Shown here one piece after another: positions 18,201-24,000 of a DNA stretch of 24,000 bases (position 1 is the stretch's first letter; each line of letters opens with the position of its first letter). The notes under the pieces were generated by a model. The model did no database searches. It was not told where the DNA came from and saw only the letters and a program-made list of their open reading frames with translations. The stretch is taken from assembly GCA_041554935.1 (NCBI GenBank), contig JBFFLJ010000010.1, forward strand, positions 14,540-38,539, written 5' to 3'. The DNA comes from Candidatus Izemoplasma sp. GTDB lineage: Bacteria; Bacillota_I; Bacilli_A; Izemoplasmatales; Izemoplasmataceae. The position numbers were made by a program, and so were the translations under genes.

Positions 18201-18562
18201 TCGAAGTTGTTTTAAATACCACAACTGTATCTCATGCAACACAAGTATACCAAGAAGGATTAGCATTTGCACAAGGCGTTACATATATCGTAGAATTTGA
18301 TGCTTATGCTGACGCTGCACGTCAAATGAATGTTAACTTAGGAGATGCTCTTGAGGCTGACCCATGGTTTACAGGTTTTGCTCCAACTGAAGTTGTCGAT
18401 TTGACAACATCAGTGCAAACATTTACTTACACATTTACAATGACTGAAGCTACTACTGCAGATCAAGGTAAATTAGTATTTGAACTAGGTATGATTGATG
18501 GTGTCGGTGTAGACACAACTGTTTATATTGACAACGTAATGATTTACGCAGATTACAACTAA
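15263..18562 (+). CDS. Multi-module surface lipoprotein: three Ig-like (DUF5011-type) domains and five CBM4_9/CBM22-like beta-sandwich modules, with no recognisable catalytic domain
   Basis: 1099 aa. Signal peptide II with lipobox: MKKVLLFVSTLLLVFTIAGC (Cys20, tgt at 15320-15322). DUF5011-like repeats, e.g. GPVITGVDAVVLTVGSSFDDLDGVVATDNRDGDVTGDIIVSGDTVDTNVADIYTVTYTVEDALGNITTVDRLVTI. CBM-like modules have the pattern NGDFE..W..WFGD...HATQVYQEG...YR.SF.A.A...QGKLVFEL...V.IDDV.IE. Acidic, and rich in T/V/D/G. Own promoter and terminator. Confidence 0.9.
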   Translation: MKKVLLFVSTLLLVFTIAGCKPEEVVPVTGLTSVTLSGFSDQEFEKGAVVNVFDGVVATGSDGVDYSDSITAASDNCTIASDGVLDTSNGRACIVVYSVVVEGKLDRQTATFTITVPTVIVDENAPLVKGWTFDTEADLVGWAKFEAGGGSVTASIETETLKLEIISGGQPHESRYSFMGVPLVGGEDYVVKFKAKSSVADKKVNLQIGELLPAPTYFEDFKPDQDDIITLTTEWADYSYSFTMPSTNVNGGPLFGMGNIPDSVGIDCTIWIDDLEIRGGSDEDNLDPTITGADDLTIFIGDVTSFVATEGVTAMDYPDTDLTSAIIIGGDTVDVTVADVYVVTYTVTDAASNTKVVNRTVTVLEDTEGPVITGVDAVVLTVGSSFDDLDGVVATDNRDGDVTGDIIVSGDTVDTNVADIYTVTYTVEDALGNITTVDRLVTITAMIWDPADLVLNGDFDELQWYAWFGDQWSGYTDSSASVVEGALNVIVSYDETQTFPTHATQVYQEGFAVENGKFYRISFMAKADAAKDIIVAFGDALDADPWFTNYVAKTTKSLTTEYALYTIEFEMTETTTTDQGKLVFELATAVETTVYIDDVMIEEIDALGGTVVTDTDQVVNGDFALTNTSEWGGWFGDEWIGYTTSSINADDGVLNVVVAGLLDTQPSHATQVYQEGMAFEHGQTYRVTFKAYAEAVRQMNVNIGDALDADPWFIKFMDTAVIDLTTDLQEFEIIFTFTGESTLDQGKLVFELGAIGGVAVNTTVHIDDVNIEVLRQDEVLQNEDFEDIGWTGWFGDQWSGYTDSSIAVVDGALNVVVSYDETQTFPTHATQVYQEGFAVENGKFYRISFMAKADAAKDIIVAFGDALDYDPWFTNYAVKTTKSLTTEYVLYTIEFEMTEPTTTDQGKLVFELATAVETTVYIDNVMVEEIDALGGTVVTDTDQVINGTFEEALEWGAWFGDEYAGYTSSSASVVNGVLEVEVVLNTTTVSHATQVYQEGLAFAQGVTYIVEFDAYADAARQMNVNLGDALEADPWFTGFAPTEVVDLTTSVQTFTYTFTMTEATTADQGKLVFELGMIDGVGVDTTVYIDNVMIYADYN
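16628..18559 (+). repeat. In-frame tandem duplication of a two-module (A-B) unit, period 978 bp (326 codons)
   Basis: Unit 1 is 16628-17605 (aa 456-781) and unit 2 is 17606-18559 (aa 782-1099). 16733-16888 and 17711-17866 are identical except for one base (16795 t vs c). The A modules are ~85-90% identical at protein level by eye; the B modules are much less so. Confidence 0.9.
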
Positions 18563-18584
18563 TAAATCCTTGTATATAAATGAG

Positions 18585-18613
18585 AAAACGGAATGGAAAT
18601 CATTCCGTTTTTT
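18585..18613 (+). terminator. Rho-independent terminator of the lipoprotein gene
   Basis: aacggaatg (18587-18595) / cattccgtt (18601-18609), loop gaaat, followed by a T-run. Confidence 0.8.
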
Positions 18614-18704
18614 CATTGTTTTTAATCCTAAAAAAAATATATCATATCACTTTCTTTATAGCCCTATATAATGTATTATAGAGTGAGTTAAGGAGGAATA
18701 CTTT

Positions 18705-19538
18705 ATGAGCATATTAGTCATTAAAGATTTACACGCAGAAGTGGATGGAAAAGAAATCCTAAAAGGCGTTAATTTAGTAATAAATGGTGGGGAAACTCAT
18801 GCAATTATGGGTCCGAATGGGACTGGGAAATCAACACTTGCGAGTGTGATAATGGGTCATCCGAAATTCACTGTTACAAAAGGTAAAGTGACGTTAGATG
18901 GCAAAGACGTTTTAGCAATGGAAGTTGATGAACGTGCAAGAGCAGGTTTATTTTTAGGAATGCAAAGTCCGGCAGAAGTGCCTGGTGTTACCAATAGTGA
19001 TTTTATCAAAACAGCTATGAATAGCCGTTTGGAAGAAGGTAAAAACATTTCTTTATTCAAGTTCATTCGTGATTATGATAAAGCTGTCACAGAACTAAAA
19101 ATGAATGAAGACTTACCACATCGTTACTTAAACGAAGGATTTAGTGGTGGGGAAAAGAAACGTAATGAAATCTTACAAATGAAAATGTTGAAACCAACAA
19201 TTGCGATTTTAGATGAAATCGATAGTGGATTAGATGTTGATGCATTGAAAATTGTTGGAGAAAACGTAACAAGTATGAAGAATGATAATTTAGGATTATT
19301 GTTGATTACACATTATCAACGTTTGTTAGAATATATCAAAGCGGATACAATTCATGTCATGATGCAAGGAAGAATCGTCCGAAGTGGTGATAATACCTTA
19401 ATGGAAAGAATTGATGCTGAAGGATATGATTGGTTAAAAGAAGAACTTGGGATAGAAAACGAACGTGTTATTGAAGAAGAAGAGGAAAGAAGAGTTATGT
19501 TAGGAACTTGTGCAACAAGGGAAGCTCTTGACTTGTAA
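18705..19538 (+). CDS. sufC: Fe-S cluster assembly ATPase SufC
   Basis: 277 aa. Walker A GPNGTGKST, ABC signature NEGFSGGEKKRNE, Walker B AILDEIDSGLD, H-loop ITHY. RBS AAGGAGG. First gene of the sufCDSUB order. The C-terminal ~30 aa (EEEEERRVMLGTCATREALDL) is longer than I expect for SufC. Confidence 0.95.
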   Translation: MSILVIKDLHAEVDGKEILKGVNLVINGGETHAIMGPNGTGKSTLASVIMGHPKFTVTKGKVTLDGKDVLAMEVDERARAGLFLGMQSPAEVPGVTNSDFIKTAMNSRLEEGKNISLFKFIRDYDKAVTELKMNEDLPHRYLNEGFSGGEKKRNEILQMKMLKPTIAILDEIDSGLDVDALKIVGENVTSMKNDNLGLLLITHYQRLLEYIKADTIHVMMQGRIVRSGDNTLMERIDAEGYDWLKEELGIENERVIEEEEERRVMLGTCATREALDL

Positions 19539-20608
19539 TGATGACATTTACGACAAAGTCTGATGTCAAACCATTGATTACAAAAGAAGTTCAGTTATTT
19601 CTAACTGAGGAGTTAGGTTCATATCTTGTTGTTAGAAATGGCGTAATCATTGCGAAACAGTTATCAAACGCATTTGATAATGTTGCAATTTACGATGGGT
19701 TGACAATCACAGAAAAACAAACCATCATTACTGAATTTTCTCGTTTACAACCAAGTTTAGATGCAATCGAGTTCACAAGTGGACTATTAATCTATGTCCC
19801 AAAAAATCTGATTGTTTCTGAAACACTTCACGTGTTTTATCTCACAGACGAACCAAAACACATTCATAATACGATGATCTATCTTGAATCAAATAGTCAG
19901 TTAAAATATTTTGAGTATTTAACAAATAATGAAGTATCAGATGTAACCTTTATTTCACAAAGTAATGTATCAGAGAATGCCAATTTAAATTATAGTGGGA
20001 TTACTAAATATAATGATCAAGCAGATGTACATATTCATCGATATAGTAATGTTTTAAGATACGGTAAAAGTGTTTACAGTGTTGCCGAAGTAAATGATGC
20101 AACTACAACAAGTAACACTTCAATCTATTTATTAGAACAATATGCTTCGGGGACTTCGAAAACCGTCGCAATCACATCATTAAAACAAGATGCTTCTTTC
20201 AAACAACTAATTGAGCATTTAGCACCAGATACAGAAGGCTATATTGAAAACTATGGTGTTGCGAACAACGACAGCAAACTTGTATTTGAAGGTGTTGGAA
20301 AAATCAATAAATTGATGAAACGTAGTATTGCTAGACAAAGCAACAGAGGAATCATTCTTGGTGTTGAAGCTAGACTTGATGCCAATCCGTTACTTTTAAT
20401 AGATGAGTACGACGTTGAAGCATCACACGGTGCTGCAATCGGTAAAATTGATGAAGAACAATTATATTATTTAATGAGTCGAGGAATCACATTGAAGAAT
20501 GCTGAACGACTTATCATATCAGGATTTTTATCTCCTGTACTAACATTATTAACAACAGAAGAATTAGTTCATGATTTTGTAACAACAGTTGAAAATAAAA
20601 CATTGTAG
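19538..20608 (+). CDS. sufD: Fe-S cluster assembly protein SufD
   Basis: 356 aa. The TAATG junction overlaps the sufC stop. The C-terminal SufB/D-family motifs are VEASHGAAIGKIDEEQLYYLMSRGI and AERLIISGF. The position between sufC and sufS is canonical. Confidence 0.9.
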   Translation: MMTFTTKSDVKPLITKEVQLFLTEELGSYLVVRNGVIIAKQLSNAFDNVAIYDGLTITEKQTIITEFSRLQPSLDAIEFTSGLLIYVPKNLIVSETLHVFYLTDEPKHIHNTMIYLESNSQLKYFEYLTNNEVSDVTFISQSNVSENANLNYSGITKYNDQADVHIHRYSNVLRYGKSVYSVAEVNDATTTSNTSIYLLEQYASGTSKTVAITSLKQDASFKQLIEHLAPDTEGYIENYGVANNDSKLVFEGVGKINKLMKRSIARQSNRGIILGVEARLDANPLLLIDEYDVEASHGAAIGKIDEEQLYYLMSRGITLKNAERLIISGFLSPVLTLLTTEELVHDFVTTVENKTL

Positions 20609-20617
20609 GTGAAAATA

Positions 20618-21826
20618 ATGGATCCGTTACAAATTAAGAAAGATTTTCCGATATTAGAGGATAACACACTGGTGTATCTTGATACATCGGCATCTAGTTT
20701 AAAACCAATTCAAGTGATTGAAAAAATGAATGAATACTATGAAAAGTATGGGGTAAATGTTCATCGCGGTGTCTATAACTTAAGTTATGTGGCAACCAAT
20801 GAATATGAAAATGCCAGAAAAATTATTAGTGATTTTATTCACGCTTCTTTTGATGAAGTTGTTTTTACAAGAGGAGCAAGTAGTGCATTGAATTTGATTG
20901 CAAGCAGTTATGGATTAAATCACCTTAATAGTGACGATGAAATTATTGTTAGTGAATTAGAACATCATTCCCAAGTATTGCCATGGCAAAATGTCAGTCG
21001 CATTACAGGGGCAAAACTTATATATGTCCCTTTGAATAAAGAGGGAAGAATTACGATTGAAAACTTTAAAAAAGTCTTAACAAAAAATACAAAAGTAGTC
21101 GCAATCAACTATGTTTCAAATGTGATGGGCTATATTACTCCAATTGAGGAAATTATAAAACTAGCACATGAAGTTGGTGCAGTTGTCAGTGTTGATGCTG
21201 CGCAAGCAGCACCTCATAAACCTATTGATGTCAAACAATTAGACTGTGATTTCTTAAGTTTTAGCGGTCACAAAATGCTTGGACCAACAGGAATTGGTGT
21301 TTTGTATGGTAAAAAAGAATTGTTAGAAAGCATGCCCCCAATTGAATTTGGAGGAGACATGAATGATAACGTTGATAAGTTTGATGCATCTTGGAAAGAT
21401 GCACCATACAAATTTGAAACAGGGACACCACCAATCGCAGAAGCTATTGGACTAGGTCGTGCCATTCAATATCTTCAAGAAATAGGCTTAGAGAATATTT
21501 TGGCACACGAAGTAGAATTAAAAAACTATACTATCGACAAATTATTACAAATGGATGGGATAACAGTATATAATCCAACCAGTGATACCGGAATTATTAC
21601 GTTCAATATCGACGGGGTTCATCCTCATGATGCGATCACCTATTTCGATGGTGACAATGTTTGTATGCGTGCTGGACACCATTGTGCACAACTGATCATC
21701 AAGTGGTTAGATATCGTCGCAGCGTTACGAATTAGTTTTTATGTTTATAACACAAAAGAGGACAGTGATCGTTTCTTAGAATCATTGAAAAACGCAAGAG
21801 ATTTCTTTCTTGGCGTAGGATTTTAG
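20618..21826 (+). CDS. sufS: Cysteine desulfurase SufS (class II)
   Basis: PLP-lysine motif SFSGHKMLGPTGIGVLYG and catalytic-Cys motif RAGHHCAQ. The ORF track starts at GTG 20609, but ATG 20618 follows AGGTGA (20607-20612) with a 5-nt spacer. It gives an N-terminus (MDPLQIKKDFPIL) matching the length of B. subtilis SufS. Confidence 0.93.
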   Translation: MDPLQIKKDFPILEDNTLVYLDTSASSLKPIQVIEKMNEYYEKYGVNVHRGVYNLSYVATNEYENARKIISDFIHASFDEVVFTRGASSALNLIASSYGLNHLNSDDEIIVSELEHHSQVLPWQNVSRITGAKLIYVPLNKEGRITIENFKKVLTKNTKVVAINYVSNVMGYITPIEEIIKLAHEVGAVVSVDAAQAAPHKPIDVKQLDCDFLSFSGHKMLGPTGIGVLYGKKELLESMPPIEFGGDMNDNVDKFDASWKDAPYKFETGTPPIAEAIGLGRAIQYLQEIGLENILAHEVELKNYTIDKLLQMDGITVYNPTSDTGIITFNIDGVHPHDAITYFDGDNVCMRAGHHCAQLIIKWLDIVAALRISFYVYNTKEDSDRFLESLKNARDFFLGVGF

Positions 21827-21835
21827 GGGGTACAA

Positions 21836-22267
21836 ATGAATAATTTAGAAGTTTTATACAGACAAGTAATCATGGACCATTACAAGAACCCACGTAATAA
21901 AGGTCTTGTTCAAGATAGCGGTTATAAAATGATTCACATAAAAAACCCAACATGTGGTGACGACATTACTATTCAATCAAAAATTGAAAATAATATCGTA
22001 AAAGACGTTCGTCATGAAGGAACAGGATGTAGTATTTGTTGTAGCAGCGCAAGCGTGATGAGTGAAACGTTAATTGGAAAAACATTGGAAGACGCAAAGA
22101 CAATTACAAGTACCTATATCAATATGCTGACAAACAAAGAATATGATAAAACAATCGAGTTAGAGGATGCTATCGCTTACCAAGGTGTCGCTAAATTCCC
22201 AGCCCGTATAAAATGCGCAAGTATCGCATGGAAAGCATTTGAAGGTACAATTGACGAAAGTGAGTGA
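21836..22267 (+). CDS. sufU: Zinc-dependent sulfurtransferase SufU
   Basis: 143 aa. The N-terminus [17 protein letters not shown] is typical, with Zn/sulfur-accepting ligands in [23 protein letters not shown] and [18 protein letters not shown]. It ends at TGA, confirming the standard genetic code. Confidence 0.93.
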   Translation: MNNLEVLYRQVIMDHYKNPRNKGLVQDSGYKMIHIKNPTCGDDITIQSKIENNIVKDVRHEGTGCSICCSSASVMSETLIGKTLEDAKTITSTYINMLTNKEYDKTIELEDAIAYQGVAKFPARIKCASIAWKAFEGTIDESE

Positions 22268-23685
22268 TCACAATGAGTGATAAAACAAAACAAGAAATTA
22301 AAGACATTATTGGTGATTATAAATTTGGTTTTAAAACAGAGACCACTAGTGTTATGAATACAGGTAAAGGAATCAATCCCGACATCGTTCGTGAGATTTC
22401 TAAAGCCAAAGGTGAACCTGATTGGATGCTCGAGTTTCGCTTAAAAAGTTTTCAAAACTTTTTAGACAAAAAGAATCCAACTTGGGGACCTGATTTGAGT
22501 GAAATCGATTTTGATGATATTACATATTTCATCCGCGCGAGTCAAAAAAGTGAAAGTGACTGGGACGATGTTCCAGAAGAAATTAAAGACACTTTTGACA
22601 AACTAGGAATCCCTGAGGCAGAACAAAAATTTCTAGCTGGTGTTTCGACCCAATTTGAAAGTGAAGTCGTGTACCATTCAACAATCAAAGAGTTAGAAGA
22701 ACAAGGTGTTATTTTTACTGATACCGATACAGCGCTTAAAGAGTACCCTGAATTGTTCAAAGAGTACTTTGGCAAAGTAGTTCCACCTCGCGATAATAAA
22801 TATGCAGCTTTAAATAGCGCAGTATGGAGTGGTGGTAGTTTTATCTATGTTCCAAAAGGTGTCAAAGTAGAAAAACCACTACAAAGTTATTTCAGAATTA
22901 ACTCTGAATCGATGGGGCAATTTGAACGAACTTTAATTATTGTTGATGAAGGAGCTAGTCTAAACTATGTAGAAGGATGTACTGCACCTGTATACACAAA
23001 ACATTCTCTTCATGCAGCAATTGTTGAAATCTTTGTTAAAAAAGGTGGTTATTGTCGTTACAGTACCGTTCAAAACTGGGCAAATAACATCATCAATCTC
23101 GTAACAAAACGAGCTCTTGTTGAAGAAGATGGACACATGGAATGGATTGATGGCAATATTGGTAGTAAAATTAATATGAAATATCCAGCTTGTATTCTAA
23201 AAGGAGATCGTGCCAAAGGCACAACGATCTCAATTGCTTTCGCAGGAGAAGGTATGAATCAAGATACTGGAGCAAAAATGATTCATATTGGTAAGAACAC
23301 AACTTCAAAAATCATCTCAAAATCAATGAGTGCAAAAGGCGGACGAGTGAATTATCGTGGTATGATTCGTCATGATAAAAAAGCAATTGGTGCAAAAAGC
23401 AATGTAGAATGTGACACTATCATCCTTGATGACATAAGTGTTAGTGATACATTGCCATATAACATCGTAAAAAACAATCAAGCACAAGTGACTCATGAAG
23501 CAACAGTTTCAAAAGTATCAGAAGAACAATTATTCTATTTAATGAGCCGTGGCCTTACCAAAGACCAAGCAACTGAAATGATAATTATGGGCTTTATTGA
23601 GCCATTCGCAAAGGAACTACCAATGGAATATGCTGTCGAATTAAATCAGCTGATTAAATTGGAAATGGAAGGTTCAATCGGATAA
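22264..23685 (+). CDS. sufB: Fe-S cluster assembly scaffold SufB
   Basis: 473 aa. YKFGF near the N-terminus, [10 protein letters not shown], and [22 protein letters not shown] are typical SufB. The GTG at 22264 overlaps the sufU stop (GTGA); the ATG at 22273 is an equally plausible start. Confidence 0.95.
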   Translation: MITMSDKTKQEIKDIIGDYKFGFKTETTSVMNTGKGINPDIVREISKAKGEPDWMLEFRLKSFQNFLDKKNPTWGPDLSEIDFDDITYFIRASQKSESDWDDVPEEIKDTFDKLGIPEAEQKFLAGVSTQFESEVVYHSTIKELEEQGVIFTDTDTALKEYPELFKEYFGKVVPPRDNKYAALNSAVWSGGSFIYVPKGVKVEKPLQSYFRINSESMGQFERTLIIVDEGASLNYVEGCTAPVYTKHSLHAAIVEIFVKKGGYCRYSTVQNWANNIINLVTKRALVEEDGHMEWIDGNIGSKINMKYPACILKGDRAKGTTISIAFAGEGMNQDTGAKMIHIGKNTTSKIISKSMSAKGGRVNYRGMIRHDKKAIGAKSNVECDTIILDDISVSDTLPYNIVKNNQAQVTHEATVSKVSEEQLFYLMSRGLTKDQATEMIIMGFIEPFAKELPMEYAVELNQLIKLEMEGSIG

Positions 23686-23691
23686 TATATG

Positions 23692-23722
23692 AAAAGGAAT
23701 TACTTACGTAATTCCTTTTTTA
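23692..23722 (+). terminator. Rho-independent terminator of the suf operon
   Basis: aaggaattac (23694-23703) / gtaattcctt (23708-23717), loop ttac, followed by a T-run. Confidence 0.8.
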
Positions 23723-23764
23723 TTTATAAAAAATACTGATTAGTTAGAATTTACGAAAACGCTA

Positions 23765-23812
23765 TTGTAGAACGCTTACATATGCGATATAATTAAGTCG
23801 AAATCGTTTTAG
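23765..23812 (+). promoter_or_regulatory. Candidate promoter plus LacI/CcpA-type boxes for the gene starting at 23870
   Basis: TTGTAG (23765-23770), 17-nt spacer, TATAAT (23788-23793). The half-site cgcttaca (23773-23780, reverse complement TGTAAGCG) lies in the spacer. CGAAATCGTTTTAG (23799-23812) at about +1 is the reverse complement of the 15121-15134 box at 12/14 positions (exact 12-mer AAAACGATTTCG). Confidence 0.4.
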
Positions 23813-23869
23813 TTAGATTATTATTTAGCAACATTTTAAGTATTTTACAATTTTATAGAGGTGGATTAT

Positions 23870-24000
23870 ATGAACGAATATTATTTCAAAGATCATGAGT
23901 TTGTGATTGAAAATTATGAAAAACAAAAAACATTTAGTAGTTTTCTACCAGGCTTGGCAGGAAAACGTGGTATCCCACTATGGGCATTTTATGTGAACCG
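23870..24000 (+). CDS. 5' end of a conserved protein of unknown function (partial; possibly a glycan-phosphorylase-like family, from memory only)
   Basis: Strong RBS AGAGGTGG 6 nt upstream of the ATG at 23870. The frame is open to the window edge: MNEYYFKDHEFVIENYEKQKTFSSFLPGLAGKRGIPLWAFYVN. The motif FLPG.AG..GIP.W.FYVN looks familiar to me from large proteins often annotated as cellobiose/beta-glucan phosphorylase-like, but I cannot verify this here. Confidence 0.6.
   Translation, partial: MNEYYFKDHEFVIENYEKQKTFSSFLPGLAGKRGIPLWAFYVN

Noticed and set aside
16628-18559. Long periodic repeats that could be mistaken for a CRISPR array, satellite or mobile-element termini.
   Set aside because: The period is 978 bp and the repeats sit entirely in-frame within one ORF. 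They correspond to protein-domain duplication, with no short repeat-spacer organisation and no transposase.
19440-19538. Acidic, Cys-containing C-terminal tail of SufC (EEEEERRVMLGTCATREALDL), considered as a possible fused peptide or frameshift.
   Set aside because: The reading frame is continuous, and the TAATG junction with sufD is a normal coupling arrangement. Without an alignment I cannot say the tail is unusual enough to report as a finding.
701-22775. About twenty 60-90-aa ORFs in the six-frame track lie inside or antisense to the large genes. They are 701-892, 1009-1245, 3727-3975, 7000-7188, 9386-9577, 11236-11427, 11327-11569, 11791-11985, 12235-12432, 12325-12519, 13034-13237, 13198-13383, 13427-13645, 14125-14349, 15979-16200, 16294-16497, 17541-17807, 18857-19066, 21268-21465 and 22542-22775.
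   Set aside because: Each is fully nested in, or opposite to, a long ORF with clear family motifs. None has a Shine-Dalgarno sequence, and their translations are low-complexity or odd in composition. Such shadow ORFs are expected in AT-rich DNA.
1-24000. Alternative genetic code (TGA read as Trp, Mollicutes code 4), considered because of the low GC and the lipoprotein-rich content.
   Set aside because: sufU terminates at TGA exactly where homologues end. All homology-supported ORFs are full length under the standard code with no need for TGA read-through.
1-24000. Search for defence systems, toxin-antitoxin pairs, prophage or IS remnants, integrases, tRNA/rRNA genes and CRISPR arrays.
   Set aside because: I found nothing with the relevant motifs: no nuclease/helicase/methylase signatures, transposase DDE motifs, short tandem repeat-spacer arrays, or tRNA cloverleaf-like sequences. 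All large ORFs are accounted for by metabolic, Fe-S assembly or envelope functions.

Overview
Low-GC (roughly one-third G+C by eye), standard-code bacterial chromosome segment. Gene content and lipoprotein-style signal peptides fit a Bacillota / Acholeplasma- or Erysipelotrichia-like organism, but this guess rests on gene content only. The window is mostly housekeeping. Left to right: the tail of an unidentified gene, then an intracellular type I pullulanase and YhaM-type HD exoribonuclease (+). Next come class 3 fructose-1,6-bisphosphatase (-) and an 841-aa very acidic lipoprotein with PrsA/SurA-like features (-). These are followed by a YycJ/WalJ-like metallo-beta-lactamase-fold protein plus a choline-kinase/APH-family kinase (+), and a monocistronic 1178-aa pyruvate:ferredoxin oxidoreductase (+). 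Then come an MgtC-family protein plus an SGNH hydrolase (+), a ~645-bp AT-rich non-coding region, and a 1099-aa multi-module carbohydrate-binding-type surface lipoprotein (+). The window ends with a canonical Firmicute sufCDSUB operon (+) and the first 43 codons of another gene. Most transcription units are bounded by clear rho-independent terminators, and several have recognisable sigma-A-type promoters. I found no rRNA/tRNA genes, CRISPR arrays, transposases, integrases, or recognisable defence or toxin-antitoxin modules. The least ordinary part is the surface-lipoprotein locus. It has no visible catalytic domain and carries an internal 978-bp in-frame A-B-A-B module duplication with very uneven divergence. 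A consensus promoter there is covered by three CG-centred LacI/CcpA-type boxes. One box recurs as an exact 12-mer, inverted, at the promoter of the gene beyond the suf operon. Secondary oddities are an SGNH hydrolase whose block-I GDS reads GDC, a giant acidic foldase-like lipoprotein, and a likely over-extended fbp start in the ORF track. All functional calls come from motif recognition by eye; no database search was run.
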